Shown piece by piece: positions 55,844 through 64,000 of a stretch of DNA of 64,000 nucleotides. Under the pieces are notes generated by a model that did not search any database, was not told where the DNA came from, and saw only the letters and a list, made by a program, of their open reading frames with translations. Location of the stretch: positions 480,001 through 544,000 of the forward strand of contig JBEPYN010000001.1 in the NCBI GenBank assembly GCA_041641305.1, in the 5' to 3' direction. The stretch is from Nitrososphaerota archaeon. GTDB lineage: Archaea; Thermoproteota; Nitrososphaeria_A; Caldarchaeales; Caldarchaeaceae. The position numbers and the translations under genes are program-made. The number at the start of each line of letters is the position of its first letter. Positions within the stretch are counted from its first letter, which is position 1.

Positions 55844-58732
55844 GTGGTCTCCATGGCACCTCCTCTCGAGAAAATAGGCAACAACACTTGGCGCATCCCC
55901 CAAACATACCGAAGAGACATGCGCGTCCCCGTCATAGTCTACGCGTCTGAGAAGCTTCTCGAAAAAATGAAAACCGACAGAACGCTTGAGCAGGCAGTTA
56001 ACGTCTCCACACTTCCCGGCATAGTGAAGCAGATGACGGTTCTCCCAGACGCGCATGAAGGATATGGTTTCCCAATAGGCGGCGTCGCAGCCATGGATGC
56101 TACCGAGGGCGTTATCTCACCAGGCGGAGTAGGATATGACATCAACTGCCTCCCTAGTGGAACACCAATACTCACAGAGCTAGGCTATACAAAACCAATA
56201 AAAAAGTTTGAAGGGCTAGAGAGAATTGTCGCCATACACGACGCTAAAGCAACAGATGCTGGGATCGACTTGATATTTAAGAAGGAGGAAAAGAGGCTTC
56301 TTAAGATAACGACAGAGTCTGGATTCACACTAAAAGTTACGACTGATCATCCAATATTAACCAAGAAGGGGATGCTGGAGGCGCATAGGCTTAAGGTAGG
56401 TGATTATGTAGCTCTACATCCATTCGAAGGCCTACCCTACGAAACACCTGCAGAATTTACGATACTAGACGGAAAAACATTACCTACTACAGTTGCAGCC
56501 CAACTCAGGAAACGTGGCCTACTTCCGTTGACTTCCAGAAACCCAAAACTACCTTACCTAATCCGTCTATTGGGATACTTCACGGGAGACGGTGCCTTCG
56601 ACGGGAAGTCAACAGTATTCTACGGAAGTATAGAAGGCCTTAAGTACATACGGCGAGACATAGAGAAGATAGGCTACAAACCATCAAAGATATACACTAG
56701 GAGAAGAAAAACAATCATTGGAGGGAAAACAACCGAAGGTCAGGAAAACTCTGTACGAGTCAACGCAAGGAGCTTTACAGCACTCCTCCAATACCTAGGC
56801 GCTCCAAAGAGGAGGAAAAAAGACACTGAATACCTAGTTCCAAGCTGGCTCTTCAACCTACCCAAATGGATGAAACGACTCTACTTAGCTGGTCTCTTCG
56901 GCGCCGAGCTTAACAAACCCCAAACAATAAACGGGTACAACTTCACCATTCCGCAGCTATCTCTAACCAAGACGATTGAACTTGAAGAAAATGGAAGAAA
57001 ATTCCTAAACGAGATAAGCATGTTGTTACAGGAGATCGGCGTAGAGACAACCGGCATAAACACTGTTATAGAAGGAAATTCAATAAGGTTGCGTTTACTA
57101 ATATCTGAGAAACCTGAGAACCTCAAGACTCTATGGAGCAGAGTAGGATACGAGTATAACCCAGCTAGGAGACGACTAGCGTTAGCCGCGGTGGTATGGA
57201 TAAGTTTGAAGCAGAAAATTGTAGAGGAACGTAGAAAAGCTCAGGAACTAGCAGTAATTCTACATAGCAACGGAGCACAAAAACAGGAGATAATGGAAGC
57301 GTTGAAATCAGAACATGTAAATGGGAGGTTTATAGAACGTTCACTCTACGAAGGTAGAAAAACAGGTCCCAGAGTCCCAAGAAGCCTTCCAGAATTTGAA
57401 AAATGGGTGAAGGAACACATGCATGGCGACATAATATGGGATAGCATTGAGAAGATAGAGGAGATAGAAGCAGAGGAGGAGGTATATGACTTCACAGTAG
57501 ACCATGAAAGCCATAACTTCATCGCCAACGGATTCGTAGTATCCAACTGTGGCGTCCGACTGATGGTGACGAACCTCACCATAGATGAGGTGCGGCCTAG
57601 AATAGTGGAGCTGGTTAACACAGTTTTCAGAAATGTTCCTGCTGGTCTTGGTTCGCGGCGTAAGGATTTCGTTGTCACCCACTCTGACTTGGATAGGGTG
57701 GCTTTGGAGGGCGCCCGCTACGTCATCGAAAAATATGGACTAGGCTGGGCCGACGACTATAAGAAGATGGAGGAGGAGGGCCGCTACCCCAGCTACAAAA
57801 CCGGAAACATCCCCGACCCAGACCCTTCCATAGTCTCGAGAGAAGCCAAAGCACGCGGAGAATCGCAGATAGGAACGCTTGGAAGCGGCAACCACTTCCT
57901 CGAGATACAGCGCGTCGACAAAATCTACGACCCACGAGCAGCCAAAGCCATGGGCATAACACAGGAGGGGCAGATAACGGTGTTGATACACTGTGGAAGC
58001 AGGGGATACGGCCATCAGATATGCAGCGACTTTCTCAGAATCATGGAGAGAGCTGTCAACAAGTATAACCTTAGACTGCCTGACAGGGAGCTGGCCTGCA
58101 CACCAGCCAGCAGCCCCGAAGCAACACAATATCTCAAAGCCTTCGGATGCGCGGTCAACTTCGCCTTCGCCAACAGACAAGCAATAAGCCACTGGGTTAG
58201 GCAGAGCTTTGAACAGGTCTTCAAACGCTCGGCCGACGACATGGGAATGCAGATTGTCTACGATGTCTGCCACAACATCGTCAAACTCGAGAAACACAAG
58301 GTAGACGGAAGCGATATAGACGTCTTCGTCCACCGCAAGGGCGCGACACGCAGCTTCCCAGCAGGCCATCCGCTCATCCCGCAGGTCTACCGCGAAATAG
58401 GACAGCCCGTCCTCATCCCAGGCTCCATGGGCACAGCAAGCTGGGTTCTCCTAGGCAACGAGAAAGCCATGACACTCAGCTTCGGAAGCACAGCCCACGG
58501 CGCGGGAAGAGAGATGAGCAGAAGCGGAGCCAAGAGACGATACCGCGGAGACCAGGTTCTCCGTGAGCTCGAGAGCCGCGGCATCTACGTCAAAGGCGAC
58601 AGCATGGAAACAGTCGTGGAGGAAGTTGACGCCGCATACAAATCAGTCGACGAAGTGGTTGAAGTCAGCCACCAAGTCGGGATAGGGACAAAGGTCGCGA
58701 GACTCGTCCCAATAGGCGTGGTCAAAGGATAA
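55844..58732 (+). CDS. rtcB: RNA-splicing ligase RtcB interrupted by an intein
   Basis: PDAHEGYGFPIGG, GYDIN|CGVR, GSGNHFLE, HCGSRG, HN, HRKGAT, HGAGR. Confidence 0.97.
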   Translation: MVSMAPPLEKIGNNTWRIPQTYRRDMRVPVIVYASEKLLEKMKTDRTLEQAVNVSTLPGIVKQMTVLPDAHEGYGFPIGGVAAMDATEGVISPGGVGYDINCLPSGTPILTELGYTKPIKKFEGLERIVAIHDAKATDAGIDLIFKKEEKRLLKITTESGFTLKVTTDHPILTKKGMLEAHRLKVGDYVALHPFEGLPYETPAEFTILDGKTLPTTVAAQLRKRGLLPLTSRNPKLPYLIRLLGYFTGDGAFDGKSTVFYGSIEGLKYIRRDIEKIGYKPSKIYTRRRKTIIGGKTTEGQENSVRVNARSFTALLQYLGAPKRRKKDTEYLVPSWLFNLPKWMKRLYLAGLFGAELNKPQTINGYNFTIPQLSLTKTIELEENGRKFLNEISMLLQEIGVETTGINTVIEGNSIRLRLLISEKPENLKTLWSRVGYEYNPARRRLALAAVVWISLKQKIVEERRKAQELAVILHSNGAQKQEIMEALKSEHVNGRFIERSLYEGRKTGPRVPRSLPEFEKWVKEHMHGDIIWDSIEKIEEIEAEEEVYDFTVDHESHNFIANGFVVSNCGVRLMVTNLTIDEVRPRIVELVNTVFRNVPAGLGSRRKDFVVTHSDLDRVALEGARYVIEKYGLGWADDYKKMEEEGRYPSYKTGNIPDPDPSIVSREAKARGESQIGTLGSGNHFLEIQRVDKIYDPRAAKAMGITQEGQITVLIHCGSRGYGHQICSDFLRIMERAVNKYNLRLPDRELACTPASSPEATQYLKAFGCAVNFAFANRQAISHWVRQSFEQVFKRSADDMGMQIVYDVCHNIVKLEKHKVDGSDIDVFVHRKGATRSFPAGHPLIPQVYREIGQPVLIPGSMGTASWVLLGNEKAMTLSFGSTAHGAGREMSRSGAKRRYRGDQVLRELESRGIYVKGDSMETVVEEVDAAYKSVDEVVEVSHQVGIGTKVARLVPIGVVKG
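56147..57547 (+). mobile_element. Intein (467 aa) with LAGLIDADG homing endonuclease in rtcB
   Basis: Begins CLPSGT, block B TTDHPIL, LLGYFTGDG and YLAGLFGAE motifs, ends VYDFTV..HNFIANGFVVSN before Cys; more AT-rich than the exteins. Confidence 0.95.
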
Positions 58733-58764
58733 TTATATACAGCGGAGAAGCACATACTAAACAC

Positions 58765-60291
58765 ATGGGTATCTCGCTTAGCAGAATTTTTTCAGACCTC
58801 TACATAGAGGATGAGGATGGCGTACCTGTCTTCGGGAGCTTTGTAGGCGGCTCGTGGCATGTTTCCAAAGATAAGCCATCATTCAACGTCGTCACACCGA
58901 TAGACGGCACGGTTGTTGCCAAAGTTCAGAGGTGCGGAGCAGCCGAGGTTGCGGAGGCTGTTAAGACGGCGAAGGAGAACCAGCACAAAATACGCTCGCT
59001 CGCGGCAATCGACCGCGTCGAGATAATGGAGGAGGCCGCACAGATATTAAAGAACCACGTAGAAGACATCGCCTCAGTCATCACCCATGAAATGGGGAGA
59101 CCCTTGGCTGACTCGCCGGGCGAAGTGAACGCGGTCGTTGAACGGCTTGAGCTCTCAATGGAGGATGCGCGGAAGATAAGCGGCGAATACATTCCCGGCG
59201 ACTGGTCACCTGACACCGTGGGAAAGATAGCGGTTGTTCTCCGTGAACCCGTCGGCGTAGTCGGCGCAATCGGACCCTTCAACTACCCACTTTTCATCCC
59301 AGCAGCCAAGATTATTCCCGCAGTATTGGGCGCGAACTCTGTTGTAGCCAAGCCCGCAAGCGCTACACCAATATCCTTGCTTCTCTTCGCCCGTGTGCTG
59401 CAGCTTGCCGGACTTCCCGACGGTGTGTTGAACGTTGTCACAGGCCCTAGCGAGGTTGGCGCGGCTCTGGCTAGTCACCCCGACGTTGGGATGATAAGCT
59501 TCACGGGAAGCACCGAAGTGGGAAAGGAGATTGCCCGAAACGCGGTCAACAAGAGGCTGCATCTCGAACTGGGTGGAAAAGGCTATGCAATTGTATTGGA
59601 CGATGCTGACATCGATTTGGCTGCGAGGAAATGTGTGGACGGGGCTCTCCGCAACGCGGGCCAGAGATGCGACGCGGTGAGCATGGTTCTTGTCCAAGAA
59701 CAGGTGGCAGACGAATTTGTAGAAAAGGTGTTGCAGAATGTTGAGGCATGGAGGATGGGTGACCCGCGTGACATGTCCACACGGCTAGGCCCACTTGTCA
59801 GCGCCTCCGCAGCGAAAAGAGTGAACACGCTGGTGAAACAGTCTATAGAAAAAGGTGCCAAACTCGCCTACGGCGGAGAAGTGGACAACGCCTACCATCA
59901 GCCAACAGTTTTGACAAACGTCCCCGAGCAAGCGCCCATAGTTTGGGAGGAGACCTTCGGACCCGTTGTGCCAATCATGCCCGTCAAAAGCGACGCCGAC
60001 GCCCTCTCCATCGCATCGCGCTCCCGCTACGGCTTAGACGCAGCGGTCTTCACCAACAACTTCTACAGAATGTGGAAAGTTGCCAAGGCCTTGACAGTCG
60101 GCGAAGTAACGATAAACGATTATCCACGACACGGCGTCGGCTTCTTCCCCTTCGGCGGCGTCAAAGACTCGGGCATAGGACGGGAAGGAATCGGATACAG
60201 CATCGAGGAAATGATGGTCCTCAAAACCATCGTCTTCAACCTCGAGCCCGCAGGACTCGGAAAACTCCGCAGACCACGCCAAACCACCTAA
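58765..60291 (+). CDS. gapN: Non-phosphorylating glyceraldehyde-3-phosphate dehydrogenase (GAPN, ALDH family)
   Basis: GEYIPGDW, PFNYPL, FTGST, LELGGK, GQRCDA, EETFGP, PRHGVGFFPFGG...REGIGY as in crenarchaeal GAPN. Confidence 0.8.
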   Translation: MGISLSRIFSDLYIEDEDGVPVFGSFVGGSWHVSKDKPSFNVVTPIDGTVVAKVQRCGAAEVAEAVKTAKENQHKIRSLAAIDRVEIMEEAAQILKNHVEDIASVITHEMGRPLADSPGEVNAVVERLELSMEDARKISGEYIPGDWSPDTVGKIAVVLREPVGVVGAIGPFNYPLFIPAAKIIPAVLGANSVVAKPASATPISLLLFARVLQLAGLPDGVLNVVTGPSEVGAALASHPDVGMISFTGSTEVGKEIARNAVNKRLHLELGGKGYAIVLDDADIDLAARKCVDGALRNAGQRCDAVSMVLVQEQVADEFVEKVLQNVEAWRMGDPRDMSTRLGPLVSASAAKRVNTLVKQSIEKGAKLAYGGEVDNAYHQPTVLTNVPEQAPIVWEETFGPVVPIMPVKSDADALSIASRSRYGLDAAVFTNNFYRMWKVAKALTVGEVTINDYPRHGVGFFPFGGVKDSGIGREGIGYSIEEMMVLKTIVFNLEPAGLGKLRRPRQTT

Positions 60292-60375
60292 ACCCTACAA
60301 AGATTTGCCCCATAATTTGGAAGCCATAGCGCTGCACTTATAAGGAACTTCGATTACTTACCAAACAGGATAGAA

Positions 60376-60483
60376 ATGGAGAAAATCAGAATTGTTTCGT
60401 TAAGTGAAGAAGAGTTGAGGCGGTTTGTTCATAGAGAAATAAGTGAACATAAGAAAATTTTCGATGAGCTTGCTAAGCTTTGA
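60376..60483 (+). CDS. Putative minimal antitoxin for Doc (35 aa)
   Basis: Not in the track: MEKIRIVSLSEEELRRFVHREISEHKKIFDELAKL; its stop overlaps the toxin start (TTGA). Confidence 0.6.
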   Translation: MEKIRIVSLSEEELRRFVHREISEHKKIFDELAKL

Positions 60484-60971
60484 AGAGAGGCCCATATATC
60501 ACGCCATCTATTGAAAACGTACTCTTCCTACATCGACTAGTTGAGGAATATGGTGCTGAGAGAGGGTTTTCAAAAAGTTTAGTCGAGGCATGTCTTAACT
60601 TTCCATTCACAGAAACTTATCGACACACACCTTACAAAGACGTTTTTGCCAAGGCTGCAGCCCTGTTATACGCGGTGATAAGCTTCCATCCCTTCGTTGA
60701 TGGAAATAAACGAACCGCATTGCTGGTAACCTCTCCTTTTTTGGCGTTGAATGGTTATCAATTCAGATACCCAAGCGATACTGTTGAAAAGACAATAGCA
60801 ATAGCTGAGGGAAAAATAGACATTCCTGCCATAGCCAACTGGCTTAAGTCCAACTGTGTAAAACGAAGAAAAAATACGATCTTTTACATAGAGATAGGCA
60901 AAGATTATCCACGGCCTCAAATTGATCTAAAACACCTATTGAAGCGTAAGAGCGGCAAAAACAAAATTTGA
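60480..60971 (+). CDS. doc: Doc/Fic-family toxin
   Basis: KAAALL...HPFVDGNKRTA (Doc-type Lys motif). Confidence 0.9.
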   Translation: MKRGPYITPSIENVLFLHRLVEEYGAERGFSKSLVEACLNFPFTETYRHTPYKDVFAKAAALLYAVISFHPFVDGNKRTALLVTSPFLALNGYQFRYPSDTVEKTIAIAEGKIDIPAIANWLKSNCVKRRKNTIFYIEIGKDYPRPQIDLKHLLKRKSGKNKI

Positions 60972-61174
60972 AAAAGGATACAACAAGTTGGTACGTTTTG
61001 ACTTTTTCGAGGCTAGAGAAGATGTAGCCCGTATTTTCAGCCTATACCTAACAGTTCTAGCAGTGGTTCGGTAAAACCTGCCATAGGCTTAAATGTAGCT
61101 TTTGGTTTTTTAGCTACGGGGGTGCCGGCCCAGCGAACCCGCGCCTCCACAGCAAGCCGGTGTAACCTGCCCAT

Positions 61175-61249
61175 AGCGGGGTAGGGTAGCCAGGTTAACC
61201 CGCCGGGCTCATAACCCGGAGATCGGTGGTTCAAGTCCACCCCCCGCTA
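61175..61249 (+). tRNA. Initiator tRNA-Met(CAT)
   Basis: A1-U72 pair, anticodon stem CCGGG-CTCATAA-CCCGG with three G-C pairs, GGTTCAAGTCC. Confidence 0.97.
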
Positions 61250-61384
61250 AGTTATCCCTAGCGGGTGACGCTAGCTATAAACAAAATTTGCTAAACAATT
61301 GGTTGATGTCTCCATCCCCCTGTCCGCTATCGTCTTCATGCCGCATGAGCCTGGCCCAAGCCATCATCATCTAGAACAGATAGT

Positions 61385-61996
61385 TTATGGGGTGTATCCT
61401 AGCGCGGCTTTTTGGTCGAAGAGTTTTGCGCATGAGTTGCAGCATAGGTAGTATTCGTGTTCTTCTATCGTCCTCTTTATTGGACGCCCCTCTATCTCTT
61501 TGCCGCATATTATGCAGAATATTCTTATGCCTGTTCCGGGTTTGAGCCGTGGCCCGGGCTCGTCTTTGACCACGTTTACCACGATGTTTGTTTTTATCCC
61601 CTGTATGCCGTTGAGGGTTGAGAGCTTGCTGGCGATGAAGTCGTCCAGCTCGGCGTAGCTCTGGACTGAGAGCCTCACGAGTAGGTCGTGTTCTCCAACT
61701 GTGCGGTAGACGCCCAGAACCTCGTCAATGTTCCGCAGCTTCTCCACGACAGCCGCTATGTCTGATGGCTTGACGCTTAACCCTATGAAGATGTCATAGC
61801 CTGTCACACGTTTCGGGTTGAGCAATATCGTGAAACGCTGTATCACACCCTCTTTCACGAGCCTGTTGAGCCTCTGCCTCGCCGTGGGGACGCTGACCCT
61901 GGCTTTACGCGCAAGCTTGCTGACGGGTATTCTGCCATCCTCCTGAAGTATGGCCAGTATTCGGTAGTCTATCTGGTCCAGCTCCAAGGCATCCAT
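61385..61996 (-). CDS. Lrp/AsnC regulator with C-terminal TRASH/YHS metal-binding domain (CopR/CopT-like)
   Basis: LDQIDYRIL.ILQEDGR HTH, AsnC domain, CIICG...YYLCCNSC; downstream of copA. Confidence 0.88.
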   Translation of the reverse strand: MDALELDQIDYRILAILQEDGRIPVSKLARKARVSVPTARQRLNRLVKEGVIQRFTILLNPKRVTGYDIFIGLSVKPSDIAAVVEKLRNIDEVLGVYRTVGEHDLLVRLSVQSYAELDDFIASKLSTLNGIQGIKTNIVVNVVKDEPGPRLKPGTGIRIFCIICGKEIEGRPIKRTIEEHEYYLCCNSCAKLFDQKAALGYTP

Positions 61997-62026
61997 TTAT
62001 CCACGGCCATCCCGTATATAGTTTGT

Positions 62027-62248
62027 CTATCCGCCCAGTCTGCGCTTTAGACGCGGCAGTAGAAGGGGCATGGATACGATGAATGAGATTGTGAAGAACC
62101 ATACAGCGCCTATCGCTATGTCCAGGAAATTGTATGTGCCGATTAGTGTGGCCGCGGCTATGAACAGGGCTGTTGTAGCAGTCGCCGATGCTAGACATGA
62201 GCCGAGCATGAGTACCGTGCGATATCTCTTCGACATCTCTTTTCTCAC
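62027..62248 (-). CDS. Small two-TM membrane protein in the copper operon
   Basis: 73 aa hydrophobic; overlaps the copA stop. Confidence 0.6.
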   Translation of the reverse strand: MRKEMSKRYRTVLMLGSCLASATATTALFIAAATLIGTYNFLDIAIGAVWFFTISFIVSMPLLLPRLKRRLGG

Positions 62249-64000
62249 CTCATCATGGGCTTGACCCTTGTGAGCGTCAAGCTGTTGAGTGTGACGGAGA
62301 CGCTGCTCAGGGCCATAAGCAGCGCGGCCAGCTCAGGGCTCACAATGAATCCTGTCGCGGGGTAGAGAGCGCCGGCAGCTATTGGGATGGCTGCGGCATT
62401 GTATCCAAACGCCCAGAGAAGGTTCTGCTTAATCTTCTGCATTGTCTTCCTGCTCAAGTGTATCGCGTTAACGACGTCGCGGAGGTCGTCTTTGACGAGG
62501 ACGATTTTGCCCGCCTCCATCGCTATGTCTGTGCCGCTTCCCAACGCTATTCCAACATCTGCCTGTGTGAGCGCCGGTGCGTCGTTTATGCCGTCGCCGA
62601 CGAAGCCGACCCTTTTACCCTCTTGCTGTAGCTTCTTCACCTCCTCCGCCTTTTCGCCGGGAAGCACCTCCGCCAAGACACGTGTAATCCCCAGCTGCCT
62701 CGCTATCGCACGCGCTGTCCGCTCGTTGTCTCCCGTGAGCATGGCGACCTCCACGCCCATGTCCCGGAGAGCTTTCACAGCATCAGCCGAGTTCTCCTTC
62801 AGCGTGTCGGCCACGGCCACAAGCCCAAGTGGGGCACCGTCGTAGGCAACTATCATCACAGTTTTACCCTCATCCTCCAACATCCGTATACTCTCCTCAA
62901 GCTCAGCAACATCCACACCATATCTCTCCATCAGCTTCCTATTCCCCACAAGTATCGTTTTTCCACCATAAGATGCTCGGACACCATGGCCCGGGATTGC
63001 CTCAAACTCCTCCGGCTCCGGTATCTCGAGACCAAGCATCCTCGCATGCTCCACTATTGCCTGCGCAAGCGGGTGCTCTGAACGTGTCTCCGCTATAGCC
63101 GCTATCAGTAGTAGGTCCCGCTCATCCTCGATTGGACGCGGGTTGGCAAACATCTTGATAGCAGGTTTCTGCAAAACCAGGTCGGTGACCGAGGGCTTAC
63201 CCCTTGTAAGCGTCCCAGTCTTATCGAAAATTATCACGTCAAGCTTGTGGCATATCTCCAAGGCGGCTCCATCGCGTATGAGTATGCCGTTCTCCGCTGC
63301 TTTCCCTGTACCTATCATTACAGCCGCTGGTGTGGCCATGCCTACGGCGCATGGACATGCTATGACGAGTATTGATGTTGCTATGATGAGTGCGAATATT
63401 CCTGCTGTCGTGTCTGGGGCCACGATTCTCCAGAACCCGGCCCACATCTCTCCACCGCGTGGAACAAAGTAGAGCTGGTGGCCTGCGAAGAACCAGAAGG
63501 CGAAGGCAAGCATCGAGATTATTAGTGAGGCTGTTATGAAGTGGCCTGCAACCCAGTCGGCCAGCCTCTGAATCGGGAGCTTCGTCTGCTGCGCCTCCTC
63601 CACCATCTTAACTATCTGGGCCAGCGCCGTGTCTTTCCCAACCTTCGTAGCTCTAACCTTCAGGAACCCTGTCTTATTCACAGTGGCGCCTATAACCTCA
63701 TCCCCAACCTTCTTTTCTACGGGTATGCTTTCGCCGGTGATCATGGACTGGTCGACAGAGGAGTAGCCCTCTATCACCACACCATCTACGGGAATTTTTT
63801 CGCCAGGTCTCACGAGGACTGTATCCCCTATTTGAACCTCGTCCGCAGGTATCTCTATCTCCTCGCCGTCCCTTATCACCCGCGCCGTCAAGGGCTTAAG
63901 CTCCATCAACCTTCTGACGGCCTCTGATGTCCTCCCTCTCGCAACTGTCTCCATCAACCTGCCCAGCACTATGAACGCTACTAGGAGGGCGACTTCCTTG
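62245..64000 (-). CDS. copA: Cu(I)-exporting P1B-1 ATPase (5' end outside the window)
   Basis: TGES, CPC, DKTGT, SEHPLA, GDGIND, YN, MALSS. Confidence 0.96.
   Translation of the reverse strand, partial: KEVALLVAFIVLGRLMETVARGRTSEAVRRLMELKPLTARVIRDGEEIEIPADEVQIGDTVLVRPGEKIPVDGVVIEGYSSVDQSMITGESIPVEKKVGDEVIGATVNKTGFLKVRATKVGKDTALAQIVKMVEEAQQTKLPIQRLADWVAGHFITASLIISMLAFAFWFFAGHQLYFVPRGGEMWAGFWRIVAPDTTAGIFALIIATSILVIACPCAVGMATPAAVMIGTGKAAENGILIRDGAALEICHKLDVIIFDKTGTLTRGKPSVTDLVLQKPAIKMFANPRPIEDERDLLLIAAIAETRSEHPLAQAIVEHARMLGLEIPEPEEFEAIPGHGVRASYGGKTILVGNRKLMERYGVDVAELEESIRMLEDEGKTVMIVAYDGAPLGLVAVADTLKENSADAVKALRDMGVEVAMLTGDNERTARAIARQLGITRVLAEVLPGEKAEEVKKLQQEGKRVGFVGDGINDAPALTQADVGIALGSGTDIAMEAGKIVLVKDDLRDVVNAIHLSRKTMQKIKQNLLWAFGYNAAAIPIAAGALYPATGFIVSPELAALLMALSSVSVTLNSLTLTRVKPMMR

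Overview
Archaeal chromosomal window from a probable thermophile. Gene content (archaeal TyrRS, Cgi121, Urm1-like modifier, deoxyhypusine synthase, GAPN, F420 genes, A1-U72 initiator tRNA) resembles Aigarchaeota/Caldiarchaeum-like TACK archaea; this assignment is inference. Positions ~1-34.6 kb and ~54.4-64 kb are dense housekeeping and metabolic genes: Mrp/Nuo-type membrane subunit, class II RNR, Mo-hydroxylase, F420 and methanopterin-type cofactor genes, intein-containing RtcB, Doc TA pair, copper locus and three tRNAs. An accessory region (~34.6-54.4 kb) follows tRNA-Pro. It contains (i) a minimal IS110/Tas-like gene with a structured 3' RNA and 6-bp flanking direct repeats; (ii) a ~1.6-kb non-coding locus of nested helices, including five copies of a conserved hairpin cap on co-varying basal stems, beside a 60-bp inverted repeat that looks like a mirror-image pair of BRE/TATA promoters with 11-bp phased repeats; and (iii) a defence cluster (GmrSD-like nuclease, N6-adenine MTase, PLD-SNF2 helicase, DUF1874/ring-nuclease-like protein). 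A half-length DOHH-like HEAT protein with two His-Glu motifs lies 5 kb from the deoxyhypusine synthase gene and is a candidate for the unidentified archaeal deoxyhypusine hydroxylase. All calls come from motif recognition and manual base-pairing; no searches or folding programs were run.
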